Below, piece by piece: positions 47,405-62,587 of a DNA stretch of 64,000 bases. Under the pieces are notes generated by a model, which was given only the letters and a program-made list of their open reading frames with translations, ran no database searches and was not told the DNA's origin. Where the stretch lies: positions 295,058,001 to 295,122,000 of the forward strand of contig OZ024742.1 of NCBI GenBank assembly GCA_964016885.1, in the 5' to 3' direction. Each line of letters opens with the position of its first letter. Within the stretch, counting starts at the first letter, position 1. Origin of the DNA: Eledone cirrhosa (Eukaryota). A program made the position numbers and the translations under genes.

Positions 47405-48235
47405 CACACACATATTGATTTCAGCAAGACATTGACAGGGTTGATCACAGCATACTGTTGAAGAAACTATCCAACATTGGTGTCTGTGGAAAGTTACTGC
47501 AATAGATTAAGTGTTCCCTGATAAACAGAGCCAAGCATATTGTGGTCAAAGGAATAAAATCAAACTCAGTAGTGGCACCCCACAAGGCACTGTGTTGGAA
47601 CCACTTCTCTTCGTAATTTACATCCATGACATTATTGACATCATCAAGCACAACAACATAAGAATCCTCGCAGAGGATTCTAAGCCCCAGTAGGTCATCA
47701 ACAGAGTGGAAGACTGGTTATGCCTTCAATCAGATCTGCATGTTGTTACTCAATGAGCAAAAAAGGAATCAATATGCTACTAAACAAAGATAAATTCAAA
47801 CTAATCTACTTTGGAAAAGAGGATACACTGAAGTTACCATATTCTCTTCAACTCAGGTGAAACACTCCTGAAATCCAACAACACCAGAGACCTTGCAGTA
47901 ATTGTTGATAACAACTTAAGCTGGAATACTAACATAAACAAAAAAGTTGGCATTGCCCACAGGATGTGTTCCTGTATACTTAGAACTTTCTGGTCAAAGG
48001 ATATTTAAAACAAAGTATTATGAAAACAGAAGCACCCCAGAGGTCAATTACAAAAATGATAGACAGAATGACAGGCCTTGACTACTGGGGTTGACTAGAA
48101 AAACTCAAATTCTACTCTCCCCAATTCCGCTATGAGTGCTACATCATCTCTATGATGAAGAAAATATTCCATCAACGTTGCCCAAAAAACGATGGCATTA
48201 ACTTTAAAATCCACCCAAGGCTTGGTTACCTTGCT
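47405..48235 (+). mobile_element. Decayed CR1-like RT fragment
   Basis: IDFSK..DHSILLKKL..SGTPQGTVLEPLLFVIYIHD..RDLAVIVD, with stops. Confidence 0.75.
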
Positions 48236-48401
48236 ATCGGCCCACATACACACTAACCCTCAGATACATATACACCCATAAATGTCTCATATGTTCATAT
48301 ACACACATATATGTATTAGATGAATAATCTAAATATACTACAGAGTAATGCAGCCAGTGAGCTGTGAAATTAGAAAGAAAGTTTTCTTGACAGTGTCTTA
48401 C

Positions 48402-49118
48402 CTTCAAATCACTCCAGTGCTTGAGTAGGTCAGCGGCGAGAGAAACCACTGATGACAACTTGCTTGAATCAAAGTTCTTCTCGTCCACTGCTACCTTGAC
48501 CTCATTGCTGCTGTCATCATCTTTCGTTAATGTATCTTCTTCCATCATTTTATCCTTCGTTGATTTCTCAAGTATATCTGGAGAGGAAGATTCTGCCTCA
48601 TTTGTCTGGATTTTCTCATCGACAACAGGTGAAGACGAAGATTCACTCGATAATTCCTTTTGAAGTTCTGGTTTTATAAGAATTCCAGTTTTAGGCACTC
48701 CACTAGAAGGTGATTTAGAAGACCTGCTTTCATCTAAATCCTCAATATACAGATTCCCTGGTGTGGAATACTCTGTATATGTCATATCAGAGCTATCAGC
48801 AGCTTCATTCAATCCATTTTTAGTAGTAGGTTCGTTGACATATATCATACCACTCAAGCGACTACACTCTGACATTTCACTGTCCGAACTGGTTTCGTCA
48901 GCAAATTTTACCTTCTTCTTCGGTGGACGTTCGTCTCGACTAGCCACTGATGAAGGAGTGCCAGCTTGTGACGAATTATCGTTGCTTTGTTCCGTCTCAA
49001 CTTCAGGGTCAGTTGTCAATTTGAGTTCGTTGGCCCATTTGAGAACCATAGGTAAGATTTTACTTTCTTGTAGAATTGTCTTGTTAGTTATGGGAAGCAA
49101 CTTTAATGTGTCTAAGAT
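48402..49118 (-). CDS. SETD2: SETD2 exon (auto-inhibitory/TFIIS-like helices and acidic Ser-rich linker)
   Basis: ILDTLKLLPITNKTILQESKILPMVLKW...LAADLLKHWSDLK; phase 0/0. Confidence 0.93.
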
Positions 49119-49496
49119 CTACAAAAGAAATAAATATGTGTTTATATTGATTTAATTCTAATTACAACCACTGAATGTTGATACGGAAAATCTGTTAACT
49201 CCTTTGACATCAACTAGGCCAAAACCAGTCCTGGTTCTATGAAACAAAACCATCAATTTTTGTAATTAAATGAAACTCATTGGCAGTGAATGTTTTCATT
49301 AGAAATTTTGTGATGAGATGATTAACAAACATAACAAAAGATCCTTAGAGTTTCTTTTTTTTTTTAAATCAGAGACATAAGTAGCAAGAAAGATAAAGAG
49401 AAAAGTTTAAAAATGACTGAATAGCAATCTCATTTAAAACAACTGCTGGATACCAGCAGTTGTCTTTAAAAATATGTATAAATATCAAATAATTAC

Positions 49497-49607
49497 CTGT
49501 AATTTTAAATAGGGAGCTCCTTCACCAATATCAGCCATCCAGCTCCACAGTAAAGGTAGACCATGATAGTCCAAAAATAGGCGCAAACAAGCCTGCTCAT
49601 TTGTGCC
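49497..49607 (-). CDS. SETD2: SETD2 exon
   Basis: GTNEQACLRLFLDYHGLPLLWSWMADIGEGAPYLKLQ, compared with human CLKSFLERHGLSLLWIWMAEL. Confidence 0.95.
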
Positions 49608-50793
49608 CTAAGAATCAGAAAGAAAAGAAAAAAAAAAATGAGAAAGGAATATATCAAACCAGTGGGGAAGATAAAATAGATGATTTACAGTTGAAATTAA
49701 GAAAATATTGTATCGTGACAAATCATTTATCATCACTGAGTGCTTTATATTGTGGCACCAGTATTATCACCTTACAGAGTGGACCGAGTGCTTTATATTG
49801 TGGCACCAGCACTGTCACCTTATAGGACAGACTGGGTACTTTTTGTTGTGGCGAAGTGTAGTCATTAAAAACACATTATTATATACAATTGCACAAGATC
49901 CACATAGCCATCATTAATGCAACTGCCTGTGGTGAAAGAACTTTGACTAACCAATTAAGCAACTGTTGCCTAATTGTGCATAAAACTGAAGTGAAATACA
50001 ACTGGCTTGTGTGTATTTATTATTTTGGCATAATAATAGTTTCTAATTTAGACAAATGGTCAGCAATTCGGAAGGAGGGCAACAGTCAATTAAATCAACC
50101 TCTATACTTTACTGGTATTTTATTTAATCAACTCCAGAAGGATGAAAAGCAAAGCTGACCTCAGCAGGATTTGAACTCAGAATGTAAAGATCTGGAAGAA
50201 ATATCGCAAAGCATGTCTAATGCTCTAATGATTCTACCAATCTGCTGCCCTCCATAATAATTGTTTCTTCTTTTGGCACAAGGTTAGTAATTTGTAGGGA
50301 TTACAATTGATTACAGTTGATTAAATTGACCACAGTGCATTACTGGTACTTTATTTTATCAACTCCGTAAGGATGAAAGATAAACCTAACCATGGCAAGA
50401 TTTGAACTGACATGAGTTGGACAATTTCTCACAGTCCAAGTCTAAACAGGTTGGTTGGTTCATCTTACTCTTTCATTCCATATTTGGCAGGCTTTCTATG
50501 GCTGGATACCCTTCCTAACACTAACCAACTTATAGAGTGTAAAAGATGCATTCTTTCATGGCAACACCACCACTTTATAGAATGTACTAAGTGTGTTTTA
50601 TTATGGCACCAGTAGTAGAGAGGTTGTCACATGCTTATCCAGAATGAAGGGTCCTCTCAAACCCTATATTGTCTCCATTTGATCACCAACACTGTAGCCT
50701 CCTATCACAATGTTTGTGTCATGAATGTACTGGTTTCTGTGATAATATTGACGTTCCATTTACAGAAATATTCAAAAGATCATTATCACCTAC

Positions 50794-50925
50794 CTGCAAT
50801 ATACGCAATATGGACAATCTATGGTCATTACTTTCTGCTCTAACCATTAACCTGCACAGGTTAAGTACATGTTCTTTATTCTTTAACCCTTCCAATTGGG
50901 ACATTCGTTCCATTTCTTCCTCCAA
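50794..50925 (-). CDS. SETD2: SETD2 exon
   Basis: LEEEMERMSQLEGLKNKEHVLNLCRLMVRAESNDHRLSILRILQ, compared with human GLSDKNQVLSLSRLMVR. Confidence 0.95.
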
Positions 50926-51651
50926 CTAGAAACACAACCATGATACAAAGAAAAGAAGAAAATGAAAACAGAAAAGGGAATTTAAAATATCGCTATCTTT
51001 TTTGTTTTTTAAGCCTAAAATAATACACACACTTTTATTTTTTCTCTTTAGAGTTTGAATGGAGAAAACAAAAATATAATTGCCTTAATGCTATAGGTAT
51101 TAAGGCAATAGAGATATTTATAATCAAATCTATATGATTGATGGCTAAAAGAATCAGTGATGAGCTATCTCTAAAAACCAAGGAAGGTAATACAGTTATA
51201 TCTCTAAAAACCTGATCTAAAAAACACAAAACAAAAAAAAGAAAGAATATTTTAATGATAAAAATAAAAGTGGAGAATTCATATAAAAATAAAATATATA
51301 TATTGCTATAAAACAAAATAAAATAATTCTGGGGAAACTGATGTAAGAAAACTACTTTTAAATAAATCATTTAACACACATTTGCATCGGACAGCATGTA
51401 TTCATTTAGTAATGGTAATGTAGACAAAGACAAGGGACAAATAGACTAGATAGTTTAAACAAAGAGAATATTAACAATACACTTTTACAGGGTTAACACA
51501 GAAGATAATTTCTTAATTACGTCAGGAAATATTTAGAATAAAAGAATCACCAAAAAGTTGCAGTGTTCTTGCAATATAAAGTTATCTTAGAAATAGATTT
51601 GCCAAAAGACAAACAACCTCACCATAACATCCACCACAGAAGAAAGATTAA

Positions 51652-51859
51652 CCCTTTAGCATTCTCATAACTCTATATTTACTATTGTATTTTCACAGTA
51701 AAGGCTTTATCTCACAAAATATAGAATCTATGAGATTTTGATATTATTCATTTTGAGATCAATACCTTAACATCAGTATGAATGGCCGGTTACAACTAGT
51801 TTGAACAGAAAGAGGTGAAAGAATTCTGGCTGGATATGACCAGTTTAAATGCTAAAGGG
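51652..51859. mobile_element. piggyBac-type MITE
   Basis: TTAA-CCCTTTAGCATT ... AATGCTAAAGGG-TTAA. Confidence 0.8.
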
Positions 51860-54358
51860 TTAAGATGTACACTTCAAAATCATGAGGTTGAGGCTCTGAG
51901 TTTGATCTCACTGCATGACATCTTATCTAAGTATCATTACCATAGCCCCTTGGGGGAGATTGGGTAGAAACTGCTTGGAAACATGTCAGATGGACTGTAT
52001 CTCTAATTCAAAGGTCCAGCTTTGTCACATATTGTATCTTCTAGAGAATTACATTATGGGTACATGTGTATGTGGAATACTCAGCCACTTAAATCTTAAT
52101 TTAGCAAGTAGGCTGTTCTGTTGATTAAACAACTTGAACAACTCATCTTTGAAACCTACAGTTGTTGATTGTTTATCAAATGTTAGATTTGCAGAAAGGA
52201 CATTCATAGATACTGATGTTGATGCCTTTCCACAAAGTGGTTAGAAATGGAAAGTAGAACTAGGTTGCAGGCTCAACTATATTAAAATCTTAGCACTGCA
52301 TTTTGGTGTCAGTTAACAAAAATCTCTTTCAATAGAAACAAAGTTATTTTGTAAGGTGAGAAAGAAAAGCTTTTATTGATTCCAGCCAGTATCTTATCCA
52401 ATATTTATTTTTCACTCAGGGTCAGTAAAATACTCCCGGGTCTCGAATGCACTCACCACTTATTAATTTTTCAGATCTACCTCCCACCCTGCTTAATCTA
52501 TCTCCAGTGAAATTTTATTTTAAGTGGTAGCTTTCTTGTAATAATTTTCTTTAGAGATTAAAAACATTATACATGACAAAAAAAAGTACATTATAAGAAA
52601 TTCATACAATAGGATGGGTTGGAGGTCTCAATATGTAAACTAAATGACTAATTTTGGTTTAAAAAAAAAATACCCCATCATTATTTGGGACTTGAGAGTA
52701 ATGTAACAAGAACATTCAGCCAGGAGTTGGATTCAGATTTGAGAGGCAGAGATTTTGATATAAGACAACATATTCGGTTCTCTACGATGTGCTTATATTT
52801 GCCTTCATAACAATAATGACTACAACATAGAACAAGCACGTTTAACCAGTTTGTTACTAAATCATCCTTAATATTACTAAGCTGTTTATTTTAAAGAACT
52901 TATATTCTACCATAATTCTATGTAAGAATCTTTAAGTTATGCTCCAAACACCAGCTTAATAATAAGAAAGTTAGAGATATTGCTAACTCCCTCCATAGGC
53001 AGTGTCTTTCATTGGAAATGTGGTAATGAGAGGGTTAAGGAGACTTGTCTTGCTTAAAGCAAGGAGTTAGCCTTGCAGGCACCATCACAAGCTTCTACAG
53101 TTAGCCCTATCCTCTTCAATATACTAAATGACTGAACCCAACAAAGTGGGTTCTGTGAGATTAAAGAATCATTTGATAAGATGAATTAAATGATTTTAAA
53201 AAATATGAATAAATTCTCTTTCTAAAACAATTTTTTGTTTCATGTAATGTCTTGATAAAATTAAAGTGAAAAGGTTGTCCTTTAAAATATAGGTATTTTC
53301 AGATTTTGAAAAATCATAAAATGGTTCCAAGACATTTTGAATTGTCATCTAGTAATTTTTCACCCAAGCACCATATGAGTAAGCTTTTCAAACCTCAAAA
53401 CTTGTACAGCCCTGTGGTTCTCAGAAACCCAGGTTAGATTCTTCCCTTTGTTTCCACATTTCCTCAATTCCACCCTTCATTTTAAATTGTCCTCTAATAA
53501 TTTTCACACAAGAAAGCTTTTCAAACCTCAATAATTGTATAGTCCCAAATAGGATTAAGTCTGAAGTGGCAGGTTTGTGAACTGCTAATTTGTGCTTGCC
53601 CTTTATAGTTGGCTATATTGGCATTTTATTTAACATATACACATTGTAATCTATTTTTTCCCAGTTTGAATTCCTTTCCTGATTAACATTCCTCCTCTAG
53701 CAACCAAGTGCTTCCTGTCTGAGAATCATTGTACTAGAGTATTAAGTGAATCAGTTTTGATATAAACAAAAATATCACTAAAATATTTTTTATTCCAGTC
53801 TAATATCTGAATTATTCTTGAAAAAAAAACCCAACTTATTTTAGAATGATAAATGAGATATACTAATTAAAACATTGAAATAGGAATAAAAGTAGTTGGT
53901 GTGAGACACACACACATACATAAACACACACACACATACATTAATAAATCAGAAAGCTCACACAGAAAGATACAAGCAGAAAACATTTAACAGTTAATAC
54001 ATACAAACAGACATAAACATGTATTTGTGTGTTTATGTGTGTATGTGAATTCTGGGTATGTATGTATGCATATGCATGTATACACACATATACATACATA
54101 CAATGAAAATGTGTATAAATGTTGTCACATGCTTACTTATTTAAAATATAATCAGGTATATATTGGTGTGTGTATGTGTACATATACATATAATGAAAAT
54201 ATGTATAAATAATTTATTAGAATAAGTCAATGTGTATGCATGGATGTATGTATATGTGTGTATGCACACATATACATACATACAATGAAAATATACATAA
54301 TGTTGTCAACATGCATATCTATTGAAGGTGTAATAAGATTTTTAGATATATGCTGGTT

Positions 54359-54431
<73 letters not shown>

Positions 54432-54802
54432 CTTAGTGGGAGAGTTTGTGTGTGTGTGTGAAAGAGAATGAGATAGAGACAGACATAAAGAAAGAGAAAG
54501 TTCAAATGCAAAGAAGCTGATAGGCCTTTCATTTATAAAAATAGTTTTTAGATATAACGAAAGCTGGAGGGGAGCAGGGATTGAGCATTATATGGCAGGG
54601 AGTGTAAAACGAACATCTGAGATTTAGGTATCATATATATATATATATAGTCTACACAGATGGATGGGTTTTAGTGATACATGACACATCTGCTGCTGTA
54701 GTTTGTTGCCTAGTCTCTCAATACTAGCAGGAGGTTAGTTTCTAATTTTACCATGAGTAGTTTAATCTGGCCATCTGGTTGCTTCTTAACGGCGCCTTGT
54801 TC

Positions 54803-54854
54803 GTCATCGCCATCCTCATCGTCATCACCATTGTCACCAGCATTGTTGTCACTG

Positions 54855-54948
<94 letters not shown>

Positions 54949-54960
54949 CGCCATCATCAC
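54803..54960. repeat. (TCA)n trinucleotide array
   Basis: Directly visible; source of poly-D/S/I/M ORFs. Confidence 0.9.
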
Positions 54961-55282
54961 TCTGCGACACGTTGTTCCAGTGCTTATTGAGCTTTAGGAT
55001 ATTCTGTAAATAGGGTCAGGGGAAAAGGTTTTGAAAATTCCATTCCAGTATCACAGGCTTTCTACAGAATTCCAACAACTGATTTTCAGGCAAATGATGG
55101 AACTGCTCACTTCAAGATATTTTTTAAGAGAAATTTTGGTTACACAACTCAAAATCAAGAGTTCGAATTAAGTATTTTTTTTTTTTTTTAGTTCAAAGAA
55201 AAGAGATAGCTCTTGTAGACTAATCATTTTCTTATTCTATTTAAACTTAGAATGATAGGCAGAATACATACAGATATATATG

Positions 55283-55322
<40 letters not shown>

Positions 55323-56214
55323 TATATAAATATATATATATAAATGTCTTTCCAACAGACTCTGAAGCTAATTATTCCTTCATGAAATAATACAACTTTT
55401 GTCCAAATTTAGCTAAGAAACCATTTTTATTGGACAAATAATATTTCTACTCATCATGAAAATCAATTTTAATAAGCTTATTCAATTACTGAATATCATC
55501 TATTGATCCAATGATATAAATTAAATTTTATTCTAAATAAAATTTAATAAAGCTACTACTAATACACTGTCAGTGTTAGATTTGAAGAAAGCCAGGGTTA
55601 CAGAACATTAGAAATAAAATAAAGTTCTAGAATTCAGAACTTTGAAGAAAATAAAATACTTTTTCTCATTTCTTCTGAAGTTAAAAAATTGGAAAAACCT
55701 TTTGTTTTAAGAAAGGTTTTAAAAATTCAATTTACAAAAAGGAAATTTACAGGTAATAAAATTTTGCCAGACATGATAAAATAATTTGAAAAAATTTCAA
55801 TTGTGAAAAAAAAAAAAAAAGAAAAAAAAAAAAAAGAGAATAAAAATTAAACAGAAATTAGAATTTTCAAAAATAAAGAAAAGCAAAAACAAAAAGGGTA
55901 TCGAGAAAGGTAATTTTAGGTTCTTAAATTGTAATTTCGACAGTAAATCTCTCCAATCTATTTATTTCACACCTGTCAATGTATCTGATTAATGATAGAA
56001 TCCGTGATGCTGATTTTTGATTATGAAAGACCTGTGCAATTGGTGGATGGCCAGATCAAATCATTGGTAAAATTAGAAAAAAATAAAATATTTGTTTTCG
56101 ATAAAAACCAAAGATAAACATACGGTTACTCTATCTTGTAACTTTTGATATCTATCTATTTATATAAATGTGTGTGTGTGTATATATATACACATACATA
56201 CACACACACATATA

Positions 56215-57407
56215 TATTTTGAATTTGTTTTGCAAGATTTCTTATCTGAAAACGTGTGTTGATATTGTTATACTTTGCGAGCGTCAGGCTGCCAATAAAA
56301 CACATGCACCTGTTGGTTTTCACTTCAATTTATTATATATTTCCGGTTGGTTGGTTGAATAACCGGATGGTTGTTTATATATTGTCAAAACTTTTTCGGC
56401 ACACATTCTGTGAATAGGTTTTTATTTTTGTGTCTCTCCTTTGTTCTACCCCATCTTGTTTTTTTGTGTGGTGTGCTTAGTTTGCGCATGCTTTACATCC
56501 GGGTGTGTATGTGTGTTTCTATTTATTTATTTATTAGTTTATTTACTTGTCACTAGTTGGTTGTTTGTTCTATCTGTTTGTGTCTGATTTGTTTTGTTGG
56601 TTTGGTTTTTGTGCGTGTCTGTATGTCTTTATTTTGTCTTTAGTTACTAGTTGTGATTTTGCTATTCCACTCATGTTTTCTGTTTAATATTGGTTGGGGT
56701 TCGTTTATGTTTGTCGCCTCTGTGATTTGTCTGAGCATTGCATCTTTTCTGTGTGTGGATATAATTTTTATCTCTTATGTTCTCTAATGTGCCCCTATGC
56801 TCTATTTTGGCATGTTGGAGGAGTACCAACATGCCAAAAGTGAACGTAGAGATAAAAATTATATCCACACACAGGAAAGATGCAATGCTCAGACAAATCA
56901 CAGAGGTGACAAACATAAACGAACTCCAACCAAAATTAAACAGAAAACATGAATGGAATAGCAACATCAGAACTAGTAATTAAGGACAAAATGAAGATAT
57001 ACAGACACACACAGATAGAACAAACAACCAACTAGTGACAAGTAAATCATCATCATCATCATCGTTTAACGTCCATTTTCCACGCTAGCATGGGTTAGAC
57101 GGGAGTTGTCCCGCTTGAGGCAAGGCTGGTCGGGTGACCGTGTCTCGCTCTAAATACATAAAAACACACACACACACACACACACCCAGATGTAAAGCAT
57201 GCGCAAACTAAGCAGACAACACACAAAAACAAAGGAGATACACAAAAATATAAACCTATTCACAGAATGTGTGATGAAAGAGCTTTGACACTATATAAAC
57301 AACCATCCAGTTATCGAACCAATCAACCGGAAATTTATAATAAATTGTAGTGAAAACCAACAGGTGCATGTGTTTTTATTGGCAGCATGACCCTCCCAAA
57401 GTATAAC

Positions 57408-57410
<3 letters not shown>
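56215..57410. repeat. ~1.15-kb imperfect palindrome of the pLTR-like family, with an RTE-tail fragment at ~57048-57150
   Basis: About 56262-56775 is the reverse complement of about 56850-57410. Central hairpin TTTTGGCATGTTGG/CCAACATGCCAAAA. Homologous to 15826-16260. Confidence 0.82.
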
Positions 57411-58332
<922 letters not shown>

Positions 58333-59255
58333 ATTTGTGTGTGACCACTAATCTAAAATCAAATTGAACTTGAAACCCCAAGAAAAAGCTTAAATAAGCT
58401 TTTTAGTAAAATATTAAGAAAAATATAAATCCAGAGTATTTTTTCTTTTAAAATATCCACAGCAGCATTAATTGTTTTTAACTTATAAGCATGATTAGTA
58501 TTTAAAAAATTCCAAATGAAATTAAACAAGTTAATGGCTTTAATTGAATAATTGGTTTCAATCATGTTATAAAGCATTAACGAATAAAAATTATGGAATG
58601 GCTATCTAAATAGGAAAGGATGAGGTTTGCGATAGCAGCTTTTAGGCAACAAACTAAGCTCTTCAATTAAAATAATGGCTAGCCAATTAATAATTCAGAA
58701 CAAATTAGTATAAAAATGCATTGTTATTTCATTTTAATTTTTTGAAGGAATATTTTGTCAAATATGTCCCTAATCTTTAAGTTATACCACTTATTTATAT
58801 ATTTTTTTATATTAAATGTTAAGGTAGTAGTAAAGGCATGCAGCCTAGTGATTTATTTTGGGGTTTACAATCATAGGTTTGATTCCTGGATTAGGTGGTG
58901 TGCTGTGCCCTTGAGCAAGACATTTCATTTCATGTTGCTCCAAGCCAATCAGTCACTCAAGAAGTTGGAGGTTAACCTTGCAACAACCTGGTATCCCATC
59001 CAGTGGGAAGTCTTGTTCTCCACACAAAACGAAGATAAGCTCTGGTGTGAGGAGCTAGGCTTTGTACAGACTTTAAAAAGAAAAAACAGTTTAGAAGTAA
59101 ATAATATAAGTGGTATTTTCCAAAGATTAAGTAATTTGACCAAAAAGCTTTTATTCTAAAGAAAAATCAACTTAGCCATAATTAGGCAAAAGAACAAGTT
59201 ATACATATAAATGGAATATAACAGAACAAATATATTTTTGATTTAATAAACTCAC

Positions 59256-59391
59256 AGACTCATCTTCAAACTCTTTCTTTTTCTTTTCTGAAGAAACAGT
59301 TTTCTTCTTTGATTTAACCGTAGACTTTTTCTTGCCACCTATTGTTCCTCGACAACAGCTTGATCCACAGTAACATGTTTGGGCTTGTTTG
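59256..59391 (-). CDS. SETD2: SETD2 exon (post-SET)
   Basis: KQAQTCYCGSSCCRGTIGG..EFEDES; post-SET CxCxxxxC motif; AG/GTGAGT. Confidence 0.94.
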
Positions 59392-59418
59392 CTAGCAGAA
59401 ATAAAATAGAAATTAAGA

Positions 59419-62136
59419 GAAACCCGACAACTACCTGATCATCTATAGATCAGGGGAGCATTCTAGTCAGATAGATTTTATCCTCATCAGAGGACGTGAC
59501 AGATGGACGGTCGTAAACACAAAAGCCTTTCCTAGTGAGGAATGTACATCCCAACATATCTTAGTTGTCAGCGACCTCAGTCAGAACTAGACGAACCTGG
59601 AAACAGAGGCCAACTTGGAGAAGAAAGATCTGGAAGCTGAAAGACCCCTCAACCAGTAACAGATTTAAAGATATTTTACTCAACGCCTACGACAGTAAAG
59701 AAGAACAGATAGAGACATTCAATGTAGAAGAGAACTGGGAGTTCCTAAAAAATAACTTACTAGAGGCGACGGATGAGGTCTGTGGCTGGAGTAAGACCAC
59801 AAGCAGGAGGAGAGTGACTTGGTGGTGGAACAATAAAGTAGATGAGGCAGTTAAGGCCAAGAGACAGGCATGGAAAGAATGGAAGAACGGGGGGAGCAGG
59901 GTACATTACATAGAGACCAAGAGGGAAGCTAGGCGACAAGTACACTTAGCTAGAGGTAAGCAGAGGATAGAAAATTCAAGCATGTTTTGCAACGTGAGGA
60001 CCAGAAACAGGAGGTGTTCAAGATTGCGAGGCAGTGTGTCAGAGAGAATTGTGATGTCATTGGAGAGAAGTGTATCCGGAATGATAAAGGTGAGCTTGCC
60101 CTCACAAGTGCTGAGAAGAAAGATGCATGGAAGAGTCATTATGATAGATTACTAAATGAGGAGAATGCATGGGAAGAAGAGACCCTACCCCAAGTAGACC
60201 CTATAGAGGGGCCAGCAGTACAAGTCAGCAGCAGCGTAGTAAGTAAGGCAATCAAAGATATGAAGATGGGGAAGGCAACCAGTCCATCGGGTATAGCTGC
60301 CGAGATGCTGAAGGCATCTGGGTCTGTAGGTCACACTATAACCATACGTATTGTTAACCAGGTAATACTAGGTGTCATACCAAAAGATTGGTGCAGTAGC
60401 ATCATTATCAACTGCTACAAAGGTAAAGGTGATGCACTAGATAGAGGAAACTATAGAGGTATAAAGCTGATGGACCAGGTCATGAAAGTAACAGAAAGAG
60501 TTATAGCACAGTTGATTAGGGACAGGGTGAAACTAGACGAGATGCAATTTGGGTTTGTACCAGGAAGAGGCACCACTGATGCCCTCTTCCTTGTGAGACA
60601 ATTACAGGAAAAGTACCTAGCTAAAAGTAAGCCACTCTACCTGGCATTCGTCGATCTTGAGAAAGCCTTTGACAGAGTTCCACGTGCTGTAATCTGGTGG
60701 GCTCTTAGAAAACTAGTAGATGAATGGCTTGTGAAAGCGGTACAAGCCATGTATAGGGGAGCAGTCAGCAAAGTTAGGATTGGCAATGAGTATAGCGAGG
60801 AATTTAGCGTACAGGTTGGGGTCCACCAGGGCTCTGTTCTTAGCCCTCTCCTGTTCATCATAGTCCTGCAGGCAATAACGGAGGAGTTTAAGACCGGATG
60901 CCCATGGGAACTCCTGTATGCTGATGACCTCGCACTCATAGCTGAATCTATGGTAGAACTAGAGAATAAATTCCAAACCTGGAAGCAGGGACTAGAGAGA
61001 AAGGGCCTCAAAGTCAACATGACAAAGACTAAGGTCCTTGTAAGTAGACGAGAAAACAGAACCCAGATCCCCTCAGGGAAATGGCCTTGCTCAGTATGTA
61101 GGAAAGATGTAGGTAGGAACTCCATTCTCTGCCCCAAATGCAAACAATGGATACACAAGAGATGTAGCGGGATCTCAGGAAGCTTAATTAAGAATGTAGG
61201 CTTCACATGCAGCAGCTGTGCTGGGACAGCAAGCAGCAAACAGCCACAGGAAACAAGTACCACTAATCTCTGGGAGGGCTCTGTAGAAACAGTAGACAGC
61301 TTCTGCTACCTAGGTGACCGAATTAGCAGCAGAGGTGGGTGTTCAGAAAGTACAATAACTAGGGTAAGAACGGGATGGAAGAAGTTTAGGGAACTTCTAC
61401 CACTGCTAGCTGCAAAAGGCTTCTCCCTCAAAATGAAAGGCAGACTGTATGATGCATGTATCCGAACAGCGATGTTGCATGGTAGTGAGACCTGGGCGCT
61501 GAAGGTGGAAGACTTACGTAGATTAGAGAGAAACGAAGCCTGCATGCTCCGATGGATGTGTAATAGTAATATACGCGAACGACAAAGCATAAATGAATTG
61601 AGAGAGAGACTGAGCATAAGAGGAATCAAATGCTGTGTGCAGGAGAGGCGGTTGCGTTAGTATGGACATGTGATGCGTATGAAGGACGACAGCTGCATAA
61701 AAAGGTGCAGAGCACTAGAAGTCGATGGAAACCGCGGAGTGGGGAGACCCAAGAAGACCTGGGATGAGGTGATAGGGGCCGACCTTACCCAATTACACTT
61801 CTCAAAGGCGATGACATACGACCGTGACCTCTGGCGTCACGCAGTAATACAGAGTACCCGACCTCCCATGGGTACAAGCTGAAGCATATAGACAATATGC
61901 CACCACACCCTCCACTGAAAGGTGGTCGTGGAGGTGCCACGGCAAAAAAGCACCCAGCAGTCACTGTAAATGAGGTTGGTGTTAGGAATGGCATCCAGCT
62001 GTAGAAATCAAGCCAAATCAGTTCCTGTATGAGCAAGGCATGGTCAGCCGACCAGACACTGCCCACAACAGGACAACCCGTCTAACCCATATAAGCGTGG
62101 AAGAACGGACGTAAAACGGTGATGATGATGATGATG
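59419..62136 (+). mobile_element. RTE family A', 5'-truncated, ~2.7 kb, in SETD2 intron (antisense)
   Basis: ORF 59987-61660 has a full RT (YADD) and Cys-rich domain; few lesions; 3' UTR and (GAT)n tail. Confidence 0.94.
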
Positions 62137-62587
62137 AAACTCTTCCAACGATTTATGTGAATAATGATTACCACAATGAATGTTATGTTTAATAATTTAA
62201 TCCATTTGGTACCAATCTGCCTGAAAACGTCCTATATTCATATTGTAACCCATTACAATTTTTACCAAATCCTTTGATACTAAACTGCCCATGGTTCTAT
62301 TATACAATACTGTTTTGTTTTAAAATGTTTAATTATTTAAAAAAACCTTTCATCATAATTTTATGTGAGACCCTTTAAGTTAGCTATATTATTAAATTCT
62401 TCCAAATATTTGATTATTTTCAAAATTCTTTGAAAATCATAGGCAGTATCTTCCATAAGAAAAATGGTAATGAGTTAAATAGATAAAATTACTAGTATGT
62501 CAAAATTTTAATGTCCTTATACAATCTGAGATGAAATCTCTTGGTATAAGTACAACATAAGAACAAAATATCAAATAACAGATTTAC

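Noticed and set aside
54710-55013. Poly-Asp ORF as an extra SETD2 exon
   Set aside because: It is a (TCA)n microsatellite, and the flanking exons 59256-59391 and 50794-50925 already join in frame and match SETD2 continuously.
62521-62535. 3-nt microexon candidate (cag|ATT|gtataa) for the SET/post-SET gap
   Set aside because: It would give R-F rather than the conserved R-Y-G, and the donor is weak; unsupported without RNA data.
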